A stretch of DNA of 64,000 nucleotides from Candidatus Micrarchaeia archaeon (GTDB lineage Archaea; Micrarchaeota; Micrarchaeia; Anstonellales; J096), in assembly GCA_041500405.1 (NCBI GenBank), contig JBGQMB010000001.1, positions 9,490-73,489 of the forward strand. The letters are read 5' to 3'. The notes under the pieces are model-generated. The model was not told the origin of the DNA and searched no databases. It saw only the letters and a list, made by a program, of their open reading frames with translations. Numbering within the stretch: position 1 is the stretch's first letter; each line of letters begins with the position of its first letter. Position numbers and translations under genes: made by a program. Of the stretch, positions 1 through 7,164 are shown piece by piece.

Positions 1-35
1 ATGCGCCGAGTTATTTCTCGTCTGAAATAGCGAAA

Positions 36-491
36 ATGCGGAAAGCAACCACAGAAAGGCAGATGCGCCAGTTCATCAACCAAAGCGCAGGCCTATCTGC
101 TACAATTTCAAGCGCAATTGAAAATGTGGCCGGAATAGCCAAAAATGAGCTCTCTTCAGCAACCCTGATGCTCGAGCAGTACAGGCAAAGGCTGGATTCG
201 GAAACAGTTTCCAAGATGGAGTCTTCCTTAGCCGATGCCGGAAGCGCGATAGGCATCCAGAAATACGGAACTGCCATAAACCTGTCAAAGGGCGTTTCAG
301 CCAGCATATCAAAGCTCGCTGCACAAAGCGATGAAGGGAACATGAGGCTGCTTGCGATAGGCCTTTTAGTGATTGGAAGCCTTGCCGTGATTGCATATAG
401 CTACAGGGAGCCCATAATGGGCCTCTTTGGAAGCCGGAAAGGGAAGATTGCGCTCAGGAAGCTGAAAAAAGGCGAGGAAGGACAGGAATAA
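36..491 (+). CDS. hypothetical coiled-coil protein with C-terminal transmembrane anchor
   Basis: ORF track, 151 aa. Ala/Ser-rich helical N-terminal part, then the hydrophobic segment LLAIGLLVIGSLAVIAY near the C-terminus. No family recognised. The antisense ORF 11..343 is judged spurious. Confidence 0.4.
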   Translation: MRKATTERQMRQFINQSAGLSATISSAIENVAGIAKNELSSATLMLEQYRQRLDSETVSKMESSLADAGSAIGIQKYGTAINLSKGVSASISKLAAQSDEGNMRLLAIGLLVIGSLAVIAYSYREPIMGLFGSRKGKIALRKLKKGEEGQE

Positions 492-549
492 TCTGTTCTT
501 AACAGAAATATCCACTTATGATTTTAAACTCTTAGACTGTTCATAAATC

Positions 550-1113
550 ATGGAAGACAAGATTTATGATGAATTTACAAGAATGTTTACTCTCGTAGGG
601 AATTCTAGAAGAGAGCTAAGAACAAAGATAATACAGGAATTTCTTTCCGAAAAAGGAGGATACTGGAAAGATAATATCAAGCACGTAACCCGCTATCGGT
701 ATTATGTAGAGAAATTGGCAGACGGAAGGAGAATATTTCTATATCGCCCCACATTCCTGAATAAGGGAATAGATTTTCAGGTCTGGATTGAGCAATTTGA
801 GGATGGCAAGGACAAGAAACCAAGCCATAAGGATATACTGAACGACCTAAAATTAAAACAGAAAGAAAATCCAAAGAAGTACCGGATGCTGCTTAAATCT
901 ATACAATGCATCTGGAATTGCGAAGATCCAGATGCCATAATTGAAAAGTTTGAGAGTCTATCTTTCAGAAAAGGTTATCCGGTGGATTTGATATTGAAAA
1001 CTCTTAAATGGCTCTTCATAGAACAAGACGTAACATACTGGAATTATGATGGGCGCGGCATGCTGATGTCTACGATATATAAAGATAACCCGAAGATAGA
1101 GCAATCCCCATAG
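550..1113 (+). CDS. hypothetical protein in AT-rich islet; candidate partner (restriction or control component?) of the adjacent Dam-family methylase
   Basis: ORF track, 187 aa. Visibly AT-rich codon usage (AAA/ATA/AAT) unlike the GC-rich bulk of the window. Sits immediately upstream of a Dam-like methylase on the same strand. No nuclease motif can be asserted by eye. Confidence 0.4.
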   Translation: MEDKIYDEFTRMFTLVGNSRRELRTKIIQEFLSEKGGYWKDNIKHVTRYRYYVEKLADGRRIFLYRPTFLNKGIDFQVWIEQFEDGKDKKPSHKDILNDLKLKQKENPKKYRMLLKSIQCIWNCEDPDAIIEKFESLSFRKGYPVDLILKTLKWLFIEQDVTYWNYDGRGMLMSTIYKDNPKIEQSP

Positions 1114-1147
1114 GCGTTGACCTCTGCTGGCAAGGAGGTCAGTAAAC

Positions 1148-1157
1148 AATTTAAAAG
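1148..1157 (+). promoter_or_regulatory. putative archaeal TATA box upstream of the dam-like gene
   Basis: AATTTAAAAG about 30 nt upstream of the ATG at 1187. It is preceded by the inverted repeat TGACCTC(1118-1124)/GAGGTCA(1135-1141) just after the stop of the upstream ORF. Confidence 0.35.
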
Positions 1158-1186
1158 GGGGCAACCAATATCCTTTCGTGCAGTAA

Positions 1187-2074
1187 ATGGATCTACCAAA
1201 ACCCTTTGTGAAATGGGCTGGCGGGAAAAGGCAGCTAATAGAACAGTTGATTCAGTATGCGCCTTCTCACTTTAATGGTTATTTTGAGCCATTTTTGGGC
1301 GGTGGCGCATTCTTTTTCAAACTTTCATCCTTAGGGAGAATAAACAAAGCTTACCTAAACGATTCCAATGAAGAGCTAATCAATGCATATAATGTAATTA
1401 AGGAAAATCCATTACATCTCATCTCTGAACTAGAAAGCGGTTCGTACAAAAACAACAAAGAGACATTTATAAATATAAGAAAAACACACCCCACGAATAC
1501 TATAAAAGCGGCAGCAAGATTTATTTATCTAAATAAGACAGCATTCAATGGGCTGTACAGAGTCAATTCCAATGGCCAATTCAATGCTCCTTTTGGCCGT
1601 TATAATAATCCATTAATCTGTGATGAGGACAATATACTGGCGGTAAGCCGGGCATTGCAGAAAGATGAGCTGACCTGCATGGATTTTGAAGACGCAGTTA
1701 ATGATGCCGAAGAAGGCGATTTGGTATATTTTGATCCGCCTTACGCTCCGCTTAATGCAACATCTAACTTTACAGGATATACTAAAGACAGTTTTTCAGA
1801 AAAAGATCAAGAGAAGCTTGCCAAAACGTTCTCGAAATTAGACCGCAGAGGTTGCTTTGTCATGCTCAGTAATTCATATACACCACTAGTGCTGGATCTA
1901 TATGATGAATTCAAGGTAAACACCGTTATGGCATCCAGAGTTATAAACTGTAAAGCGGAGCGCAGAGGAAAGATAAAGGAAGTTATCGTGACTAATGATT
2001 ACTTACAGGCAATCCCAAAAAGCTTAATGGCATACGTTTGCGCTAAGGGAGATATCGGCACTTCATCCGTTTAA
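1187..2074 (+). CDS. dam: DNA adenine (N6) methyltransferase, Dam/D12 class
   Basis: N-terminal FVKWAGGKRQL (SAM-binding motif of the Dam family) and the catalytic FDPPYAP (DPPY) motif. 295 aa, typical for the family. AT-rich like the preceding ORF. Confidence 0.85.
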   Translation: MDLPKPFVKWAGGKRQLIEQLIQYAPSHFNGYFEPFLGGGAFFFKLSSLGRINKAYLNDSNEELINAYNVIKENPLHLISELESGSYKNNKETFINIRKTHPTNTIKAAARFIYLNKTAFNGLYRVNSNGQFNAPFGRYNNPLICDEDNILAVSRALQKDELTCMDFEDAVNDAEEGDLVYFDPPYAPLNATSNFTGYTKDSFSEKDQEKLAKTFSKLDRRGCFVMLSNSYTPLVLDLYDEFKVNTVMASRVINCKAERRGKIKEVIVTNDYLQAIPKSLMAYVCAKGDIGTSSV

Positions 2075-2109
2075 AGAGCAGGAATAAAAACACTTTCAAG
2101 TCCCTTACC

Positions 2110-2982
2110 TTGATGGACCCAGTTTCATACAGGGAATACCTTTCGCAGTACACTGATCCGGACGTTCTTCTGGACACGCTGGAGAGTTTGCGGAAGACAT
2201 TCAGGGTCAACACGCTCAAGTGCTCGGAAGAAAAGTTTCTTTCCTTTACTGAAATGAAGATGGAGAAGGAGCCCCTGCCCCTTGCGTACAGCATGGGCGC
2301 GGATTTTCCAATAGGCAACACGCTGGAGTTTTTCTCGGGCATGATTCATACGCAGACCCTTTCATCAATGCTCCCGCCGCTTGTTCTGGAGCCCAAGCCG
2401 CACGAAAAGGTGCTTGACATGGCGGCAGCCCCCGGCGGAAAGACAACCCAGATGAGCGCCATGATGAAAAACACGGGAATAATAATCGCGAATGACGTAA
2501 AGATAGGCAGGCTGAGCGTCCTTGTCGGCAACATGCGGAGGCTTGGCGCGCTCAACATAACTGTCACAAGGGGCGACGCAAGGCGCCTTGATTACAAAAA
2601 TGAGTTTGACAGGGTTTTGCTCGACGCCCCGTGCTCGTCCATGGGTTCGTCCCTTTCGTCTTTCAGGACATTGGACAGGGACAGGCTAAGGGATATGGCA
2701 AGGGTGCAAAGGAAACTGGCAATCGCGGGCTTTGACGCGCTCAAGCCAAACGGGGCAATGGTGTATTCCACGTGCACGTTTTCAAAGGAGGAGAACGAGG
2801 AAATAGTGAAATTCCTTCTTGAGAGCAGGCCAAGCGCAAGGCTGGAAAAAATAAGCATGGACATGCCCCACGACGGCGGGCTTTCCGAATACGGGGCGGA
2901 ATTTAAAAAAGTTTGGCGCATCCAACCGCACCACTTAAAAAGCGAAGGCTTCTTTATAGCGAGGATAAGCAAGGGCCCTTAG
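2110..2982 (+). CDS. NOL1/NOP2/Sun-family RNA cytosine-C5 methyltransferase
   Basis: DMAAAPGGKTTQM SAM-binding motif, DAPCSSMG (Pro-Cys motif) and YSTCTF (second catalytic Cys motif) characteristic of RsmB/NSUN enzymes. 290 aa. Confidence 0.8.
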   Translation: MMDPVSYREYLSQYTDPDVLLDTLESLRKTFRVNTLKCSEEKFLSFTEMKMEKEPLPLAYSMGADFPIGNTLEFFSGMIHTQTLSSMLPPLVLEPKPHEKVLDMAAAPGGKTTQMSAMMKNTGIIIANDVKIGRLSVLVGNMRRLGALNITVTRGDARRLDYKNEFDRVLLDAPCSSMGSSLSSFRTLDRDRLRDMARVQRKLAIAGFDALKPNGAMVYSTCTFSKEENEEIVKFLLESRPSARLEKISMDMPHDGGLSEYGAEFKKVWRIQPHHLKSEGFFIARISKGP

Positions 2983-3044
2983 ATCAGCGGTAGATCGCTC
3001 CCCTCGCACGGGAGAGGCCAGGGGTTCAAATCCCCTAGGGTCCA
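2973..3044 (+). tRNA. tRNA-Ala (anticodon CGC)
   Basis: Hand-folded cloverleaf: acceptor GGGCCCT/AGGGTCC with the G3:U70 Ala identity pair, D-arm GATC-AGCGGTA-GATC, anticodon arm CTCCC-CTCGCAC-GGGAG (anticodon CGC), T-arm AGGGG-TTCAAAT-CCCCT, discriminator A. No encoded CCA. The 5-prime end overlaps the last 10 nt of the preceding CDS. Confidence 0.9.
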
Positions 3045-3111
3045 AGTCCTTTCTTTTAGAAAAAGAAAGCACTTGGGGAAAGAAAACTACTTCTGTAAAA
3101 AAGAAAGGGCT

Positions 3112-3212
3112 TGGGGATACGGGGATTTGAACCCCGACCTACAGGTTTCTTCTAATCGCGCGTCCGCGCAAAACCTGGAGCCTGCCGTGCTACCTGGTTG
3201 CACTATACCCCC
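3112..3212 (-). tRNA. tRNA-Trp (anticodon CCA) with 28-nt intron after position 37
   Basis: Reverse complement folds as acceptor GGGGGTA/TATCCCC, D-arm GTGC-AACCAGGTA-GCAC, anticodon stem GCAGG/CCTGT with loop CTCCA(G) interrupted by GTTTTGCGCGGACGCGCGATTAGAAGAA, T-arm CGGGG-TTCAAAT-CCCCG, discriminator A. An intron at the canonical 37/38 site is typical of archaeal tRNA-Trp. Confidence 0.85.
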
Positions 3213-3237
3213 AACAGGTGGTATATGGGCAGAGAAA

Positions 3238-3247
3238 CGTTTAAATT
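3238..3247 (-). promoter_or_regulatory. TATA box for tRNA-Trp
   Basis: ACGTTTAAAT (palindromic TTTAAA core) centred about 30 nt upstream of the tRNA-Trp 5-prime end at 3212. Confidence 0.45.
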
Positions 3248-3348
3248 GCTACCTCAGGATAATCCAGTATGCGTAATACATCCTTATTTTTGTCGGTATG
3301 GACAACACTGGCATGGAAGAGGAAAGAATGACAATGGATTAGATTAGC

Positions 3349-4545
3349 ATGGTTAATTCGGCAAAAGGCAATAACGGCAAAATCAATCCGACAGTAATAA
3401 AGCTCGGTGTGGTCAGTTTCCTGACCGACATTTCCAGCGAGATGGTCTTTCCCAACATAGCGCTCTTCCTTACGCTTGTGCTTGGCGCGGGCAAGGAGCT
3501 GGTCGGCCTGGTTGAGGGCGTCGCGGACAGCGCCGCGAGCATCGTCGAGATATTCTCCGGCTACTTTTCAGACAAGCTCGGAAAAAGGAAGCAGTTCGTA
3601 CTGTTTGGATACGGCCTTTCCTCAATAGTCAAGATAGGCATCGCGCTTTCCACCACCTGGTGGATGGTCCTAATAATGCGCGGGCTGGAGCGCGTAGGCA
3701 AGGGCATACGGACTGCGCCAAGGGACGCGATAATCGCCGCATCTGCAGAAAAGCAAATCCGCGGCAGGGCATTCGGCCTGCACCGCGCGATGGACACTGC
3801 AGGCGCGATAATAGGCCCGCTGCTGGCGTTCGCGCTGCTCTCTGCATTCGGCACGAACGAAACAGGGTTCCGCACCACATTCCTGATAGCGATAATACCC
3901 GCGGTCCTGGCGGTTGCCGTGATAGCGCTGTTCGTGCGCGAGCCCAAGGTTGCAACAGCCCCGGCCCCTTTGAAAAGGCCGTCCTTCTGGGATGTGCTGA
4001 AGCAAATGCCGCATGGATACAAGACGTTCCTTAAAGTTTCGCTGCTGTTCTCGCTCTCCTATTTCAGCTTTTCGTTCTTCATATTGCGCGCAGCCGACAT
4101 AGGCGTGGATCCCAAGGATGTCCTGCTGCTCTATGTTTTCTATAATGTCATATACGCGCTTGCGTCTGTGCCAGGCGGGTGGCTGTCCGACAGGATAGGG
4201 CGCAAGCCGGTGATTGCAGGCGCGTTCGCGCTCTATGCTATCATTTGCGCTGGCTTTGCCTTGGCTACCACCTGGTGGCACGCGGCGCTGCTGTTCGGGC
4301 TTTACGGCATCTTCGTGGCTTTGGACGAGAGCGTGAACAAGGCATACATCAGCGACATGATACCCGAGGAAAGGCGCAGCACAGCGATAGGCGCGTATAA
4401 CACGGCCATAGGCGTCGCATATCTTCCGGCAAGCATAATGGTCGGCGCATTGTGGACCGTTGCCGGGCCGGTTACCGGCTTTATGGCAGCAGCGGGCATA
4501 GCGGCATTTTCGGCAGTGGCCCTGATGGCCTTTGTCAGGGGCTGA
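3349..4545 (+). CDS. MFS-family transporter
   Basis: 398 aa with about 12 hydrophobic segments. Conserved MFS loop motif GYFSDKLGKRK between TM2 and TM3, repeated in the second half (GGWLSDRIGRK). Confidence 0.8.
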   Translation: MVNSAKGNNGKINPTVIKLGVVSFLTDISSEMVFPNIALFLTLVLGAGKELVGLVEGVADSAASIVEIFSGYFSDKLGKRKQFVLFGYGLSSIVKIGIALSTTWWMVLIMRGLERVGKGIRTAPRDAIIAASAEKQIRGRAFGLHRAMDTAGAIIGPLLAFALLSAFGTNETGFRTTFLIAIIPAVLAVAVIALFVREPKVATAPAPLKRPSFWDVLKQMPHGYKTFLKVSLLFSLSYFSFSFFILRAADIGVDPKDVLLLYVFYNVIYALASVPGGWLSDRIGRKPVIAGAFALYAIICAGFALATTWWHAALLFGLYGIFVALDESVNKAYISDMIPEERRSTAIGAYNTAIGVAYLPASIMVGALWTVAGPVTGFMAAAGIAAFSAVALMAFVRG

Positions 4546-4548
4546 AAT

Positions 4549-5574
4549 TCAAATTTTCCTTGACCCGTTTTTTGTTTCGGTTTTTGCTTTCAGAAGTTGC
4601 GCAGCTACAGGGAAATAGTCCACCTTGTGCTCTTCATAGACATGGAGCATTTCGTAATCCCCGGCAACATCGCCGAAGCGGTTCATGAAGTCCCCCATCA
4701 TGGACCGGAAATCCCTTTCGTCGCTAACCTCTGCCTCTATTTCCAAGTCCCATTCGCCGAAGCAGCCCACGAAATAGACGACTTCCGGTCTCAATGCGCA
4801 GAATGAATAGATAGTTTTCTCGTCCTTTTCCCCAAGGGATTTTGCGCTGACGATTGCCTTGTAGAATTTCCTGCCTGTTTTCTCCAGGTCCATGATTGTG
4901 CGGTATGCCTGTATTATGCCGTCTTTCTCAAGCTTCCTTATTCTCTCCTTTACCGCCCCATCGCTCATGCCAATTGTCTGCCCAAGTTCGCGGTTTGGCA
5001 GCCGGGCATTCCTGCCAAGGAGCTCCAGCAGCCGCAGGTTAGTTTCGTCCAGCTTGTATGGCCCGTACTCAAAGCCATAGACGAACGTTTCAGGGGGCAT
5101 TTCCCTTTCTTCTCCTGTGAGATAGGTCCTCTTGAAGTGGTAGTTGAACGTTGAGGGCGAAACAGAATAGCTTTTCAGCCGCTCGCCAAGCTCAGCCTTG
5201 ATTTTTCTTAGGATGTTGCTGAAATCAACCGGGTTCCTTGCCGCCAGGAGAATCTCCAGGTCCCACCTGCCGCTTGTGCTTGCCACCCACATGGACGGCA
5301 CCTCGCCCTTGAGATATTCTATTATCTTCGGATAGTCTGACGGAGGGGCTTTCTGCAGCCGCAGATAGAGCCTGTATGAGTAATATCCGAGCTTATGCAG
5401 ATTGATCAGGGCAGTGAAACCCTTTATCACCCCGGCTTCAGTCAGCTTATTGAGCCGGTATTTGGCGAGTTGAGGCGAAATCCCGACCTTTTTGGCAAGG
5501 ACAGCAAGGGGAATCCGGGCATTGAAGTCCAGTTCGGCGAGCATCCGGAAGTCCTTCTTATCGAGCTTTTCCAT
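4549..5574 (-). CDS. Lrp/AsnC-family transcriptional regulator, tandem (two HTH plus two RAM domains in one polypeptide)
   Basis: Two repeats of the Lrp architecture: LDKKDFRMLAELDFNARIPLAVLAKKVGISPQLAKYRLNKLTEAGVIKGF and LDETNLRLLELLGRNARLPNRELGQTIGMSDGAVKERIRKLEKDGIIQAY, each followed by a RAM-like segment. Start moved to MEKLDKK (5574); the upstream 44 aa of the track ORF read through an AT-rich promoter region. Confidence 0.7.
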   Translation of the reverse strand: MEKLDKKDFRMLAELDFNARIPLAVLAKKVGISPQLAKYRLNKLTEAGVIKGFTALINLHKLGYYSYRLYLRLQKAPPSDYPKIIEYLKGEVPSMWVASTSGRWDLEILLAARNPVDFSNILRKIKAELGERLKSYSVSPSTFNYHFKRTYLTGEEREMPPETFVYGFEYGPYKLDETNLRLLELLGRNARLPNRELGQTIGMSDGAVKERIRKLEKDGIIQAYRTIMDLEKTGRKFYKAIVSAKSLGEKDEKTIYSFCALRPEVVYFVGCFGEWDLEIEAEVSDERDFRSMMGDFMNRFGDVAGDYEMLHVYEEHKVDYFPVAAQLLKAKTETKNGSRKI

Positions 5575-5695
5575 GCTTGTTTTATATTTAGTAGTTTTTA
5601 TAAGCTTTTCTACTTTTTCTAAAAAAATAGGACTATATTGTTTTATATATATCAAAAGCCACGTATAGACACAGGTAAACACAAATGAGGCGATT

Positions 5696-6223
5696 ATGAT
5701 GACCATGAATACCCGGATGCTGGCTTTGAAAGCTGAACGCCTGGAAAAAAAGACGAGAAAATTTGGGATGTCGCATCATTCGATGCTCTTCAATGAACCA
5801 CTCGTAGAGTTGAAGCGGGACCTACAGATAAGGCAGGGTATGAAGGATAGCTTTGAGGCTGTCAAAACAAAAGTTTCCCCGGTCGATACAGGTGTAGATA
5901 ACGGAGTATGTAAAGGTAAAGGACTTGAGTTCTGGCTGAAAAATTCCCCGACGGGGATTGCCCTTTGCAATGCCTTACCAAAGCAGGCTACCATTCTGGG
6001 GAGTGTTTTAAGTGCTATCCTGGTTGCAGAAATGGCAATATGGTCTATTGTTCCGGAAGCTGTACAAACAATTACAGGCATATATGGAGTTCCAACCAAG
6101 TTACTCTGGTTCTATGAAAATTTTCCTCCAATAGTAGTAACATGCCTTTTTGGGATGTTCACCTCGGCTTTTGCTGGGTGTACAGCCGCAGCGTTCCGTG
6201 ACGAAGCGATAAGAGACAAATAA
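5696..6223 (+). CDS. hypothetical membrane protein sharing its N-terminal 25 aa with the next gene
   Basis: 175 aa. N-terminus MMTMNTRMLALKAERLEKKTRKFGM. Two C-terminal hydrophobic helices (ATILGSVLSAILVAEMAIWSIV; PPIVVTCLFGMFTSAFAGCTAAAF). Strong extended SD GAGGCGAT 5 nt upstream. Confidence 0.5.
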   Translation: MMTMNTRMLALKAERLEKKTRKFGMSHHSMLFNEPLVELKRDLQIRQGMKDSFEAVKTKVSPVDTGVDNGVCKGKGLEFWLKNSPTGIALCNALPKQATILGSVLSAILVAEMAIWSIVPEAVQTITGIYGVPTKLLWFYENFPPIVVTCLFGMFTSAFAGCTAAAFRDEAIRDK

Positions 6224-6239
6224 CACAGATGAGGCGATT

Positions 6240-7151
6240 ATGATGACTATGAAAACAAGGATGCTTGCCCGGAAGGCTGAGCGCGAAATGAACAAAGCGT
6301 ACAAGCTCGGCATGGAGTGGGGCGGAGATTTCCTCAGGCAACTGCGCGACGAACTAAGGGCATTCAAGGTGGATGTCGATAAGGATGATTCTGACACGCG
6401 CAGCCCAAGCGAGATCCACCGCGCTAGATGCTACACCCACGTATGCAACATCTTGCATACGACGGAAAGCACCAAGGAAGCAATCGCAAAATCCATCGAT
6501 AGCACGGTTGGGATACTGGAGGATGCGGCAAAGAAGCGCGGCGAACTACAGGAGGGACAGCGCGAAATGTGCGTGGTCTCATACAGGCCTTACAGGTACG
6601 AGTGCGAACTCAAAGTATGTGGCATAAGCAAGGCCGAATTCTGGTTAATGAAGGCAGCGGGCGCAACTCGCAAAACCCTGCTGCCATGTGCGGCAACAGC
6701 AGCCATGGCATGGCTTGCTTGTGAGAACTGGCCTGCAATAGCGCATGCTGCAACTTCGGCAACAAATCACATCGTAGACATAGCAGTAGCGGCAAAGGCA
6801 TATCTTGCAAAAAATATAAGGGAGATTGCAACAGTAGCGGCAGGTTTCGTTATTTTTATGACTATTATAGTTGGAGGGAGAAGCCGGCCTGAGCAGGAGA
6901 TGTCAGACAGTGAACTGCTCTTCGCAGCGGTCCACGACATGAGGGTAGGGATGGAGAGGGCGCTGAGGGAGCAAGATAGGAAGTGTGAGGAAAGCGTGGA
7001 AGCATGGCGGGTCGTTCACATGTTTAAGTATCTAATTCCTGCCGAAGAGATGAAGGCGAAGGTCCTGAAAGCGGCAGAGGAAATGCTGGCAACGGTAAAT
7101 ATGATTGAGGCTGCAGTAAAAGAGCAGCTGCAGCCGGCCAGGAAGATTTGA
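6240..7151 (+). CDS. hypothetical Cys-rich protein sharing its N-terminal 25 aa with the previous gene
   Basis: 303 aa. N-terminus MMTMKTRMLARKAEREMNKAYKLGM. Cys pairs CYTHVC, CVVSYRPYRYECELKVC and PCAATAAMAWLAC. One hydrophobic segment IATVAAGFVIFMTIIVGG. Same GAGGCGATTATGATG leader DNA as the upstream gene. Confidence 0.5.
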   Translation: MMTMKTRMLARKAEREMNKAYKLGMEWGGDFLRQLRDELRAFKVDVDKDDSDTRSPSEIHRARCYTHVCNILHTTESTKEAIAKSIDSTVGILEDAAKKRGELQEGQREMCVVSYRPYRYECELKVCGISKAEFWLMKAAGATRKTLLPCAATAAMAWLACENWPAIAHAATSATNHIVDIAVAAKAYLAKNIREIATVAAGFVIFMTIIVGGRSRPEQEMSDSELLFAAVHDMRVGMERALREQDRKCEESVEAWRVVHMFKYLIPAEEMKAKVLKAAEEMLATVNMIEAAVKEQLQPARKI

Positions 7152-7164
7152 AGAGGCGATTATT

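Noticed and set aside
11-343. 110-aa minus-strand ORF at the window start
   Set aside because: It fully overlaps the more protein-like plus-strand ORF 36..491 (coiled-coil plus TM anchor). Its translation is low-complexity antisense-type, so it is treated as spurious.
3561-4281. Several long ORFs in other frames and strands inside the MFS transporter gene (3561..4022, 3670..4281, 3660..4034)
   Set aside because: Typical GC-rich antisense/alternative-frame ORFs, Arg/Ala/Pro-rich, with no start context. The MFS frame has clear family motifs.
5575-5706. N-terminal 44-aa extension of the Lrp gene in the ORF track
   Set aside because: The extension reads through an AT-rich divergent promoter region (TATA-like runs). 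The Lrp HTH begins right after the internal Met MEKLDKK, so 5574 was chosen as the start.
5696-7151. The two shared-N-terminus genes as classical RiPP precursor peptides
   Set aside because: At 175 and 303 aa, with TM segments, they are far larger than typical precursors. Kept only as a leader-like analogy, not as a call.
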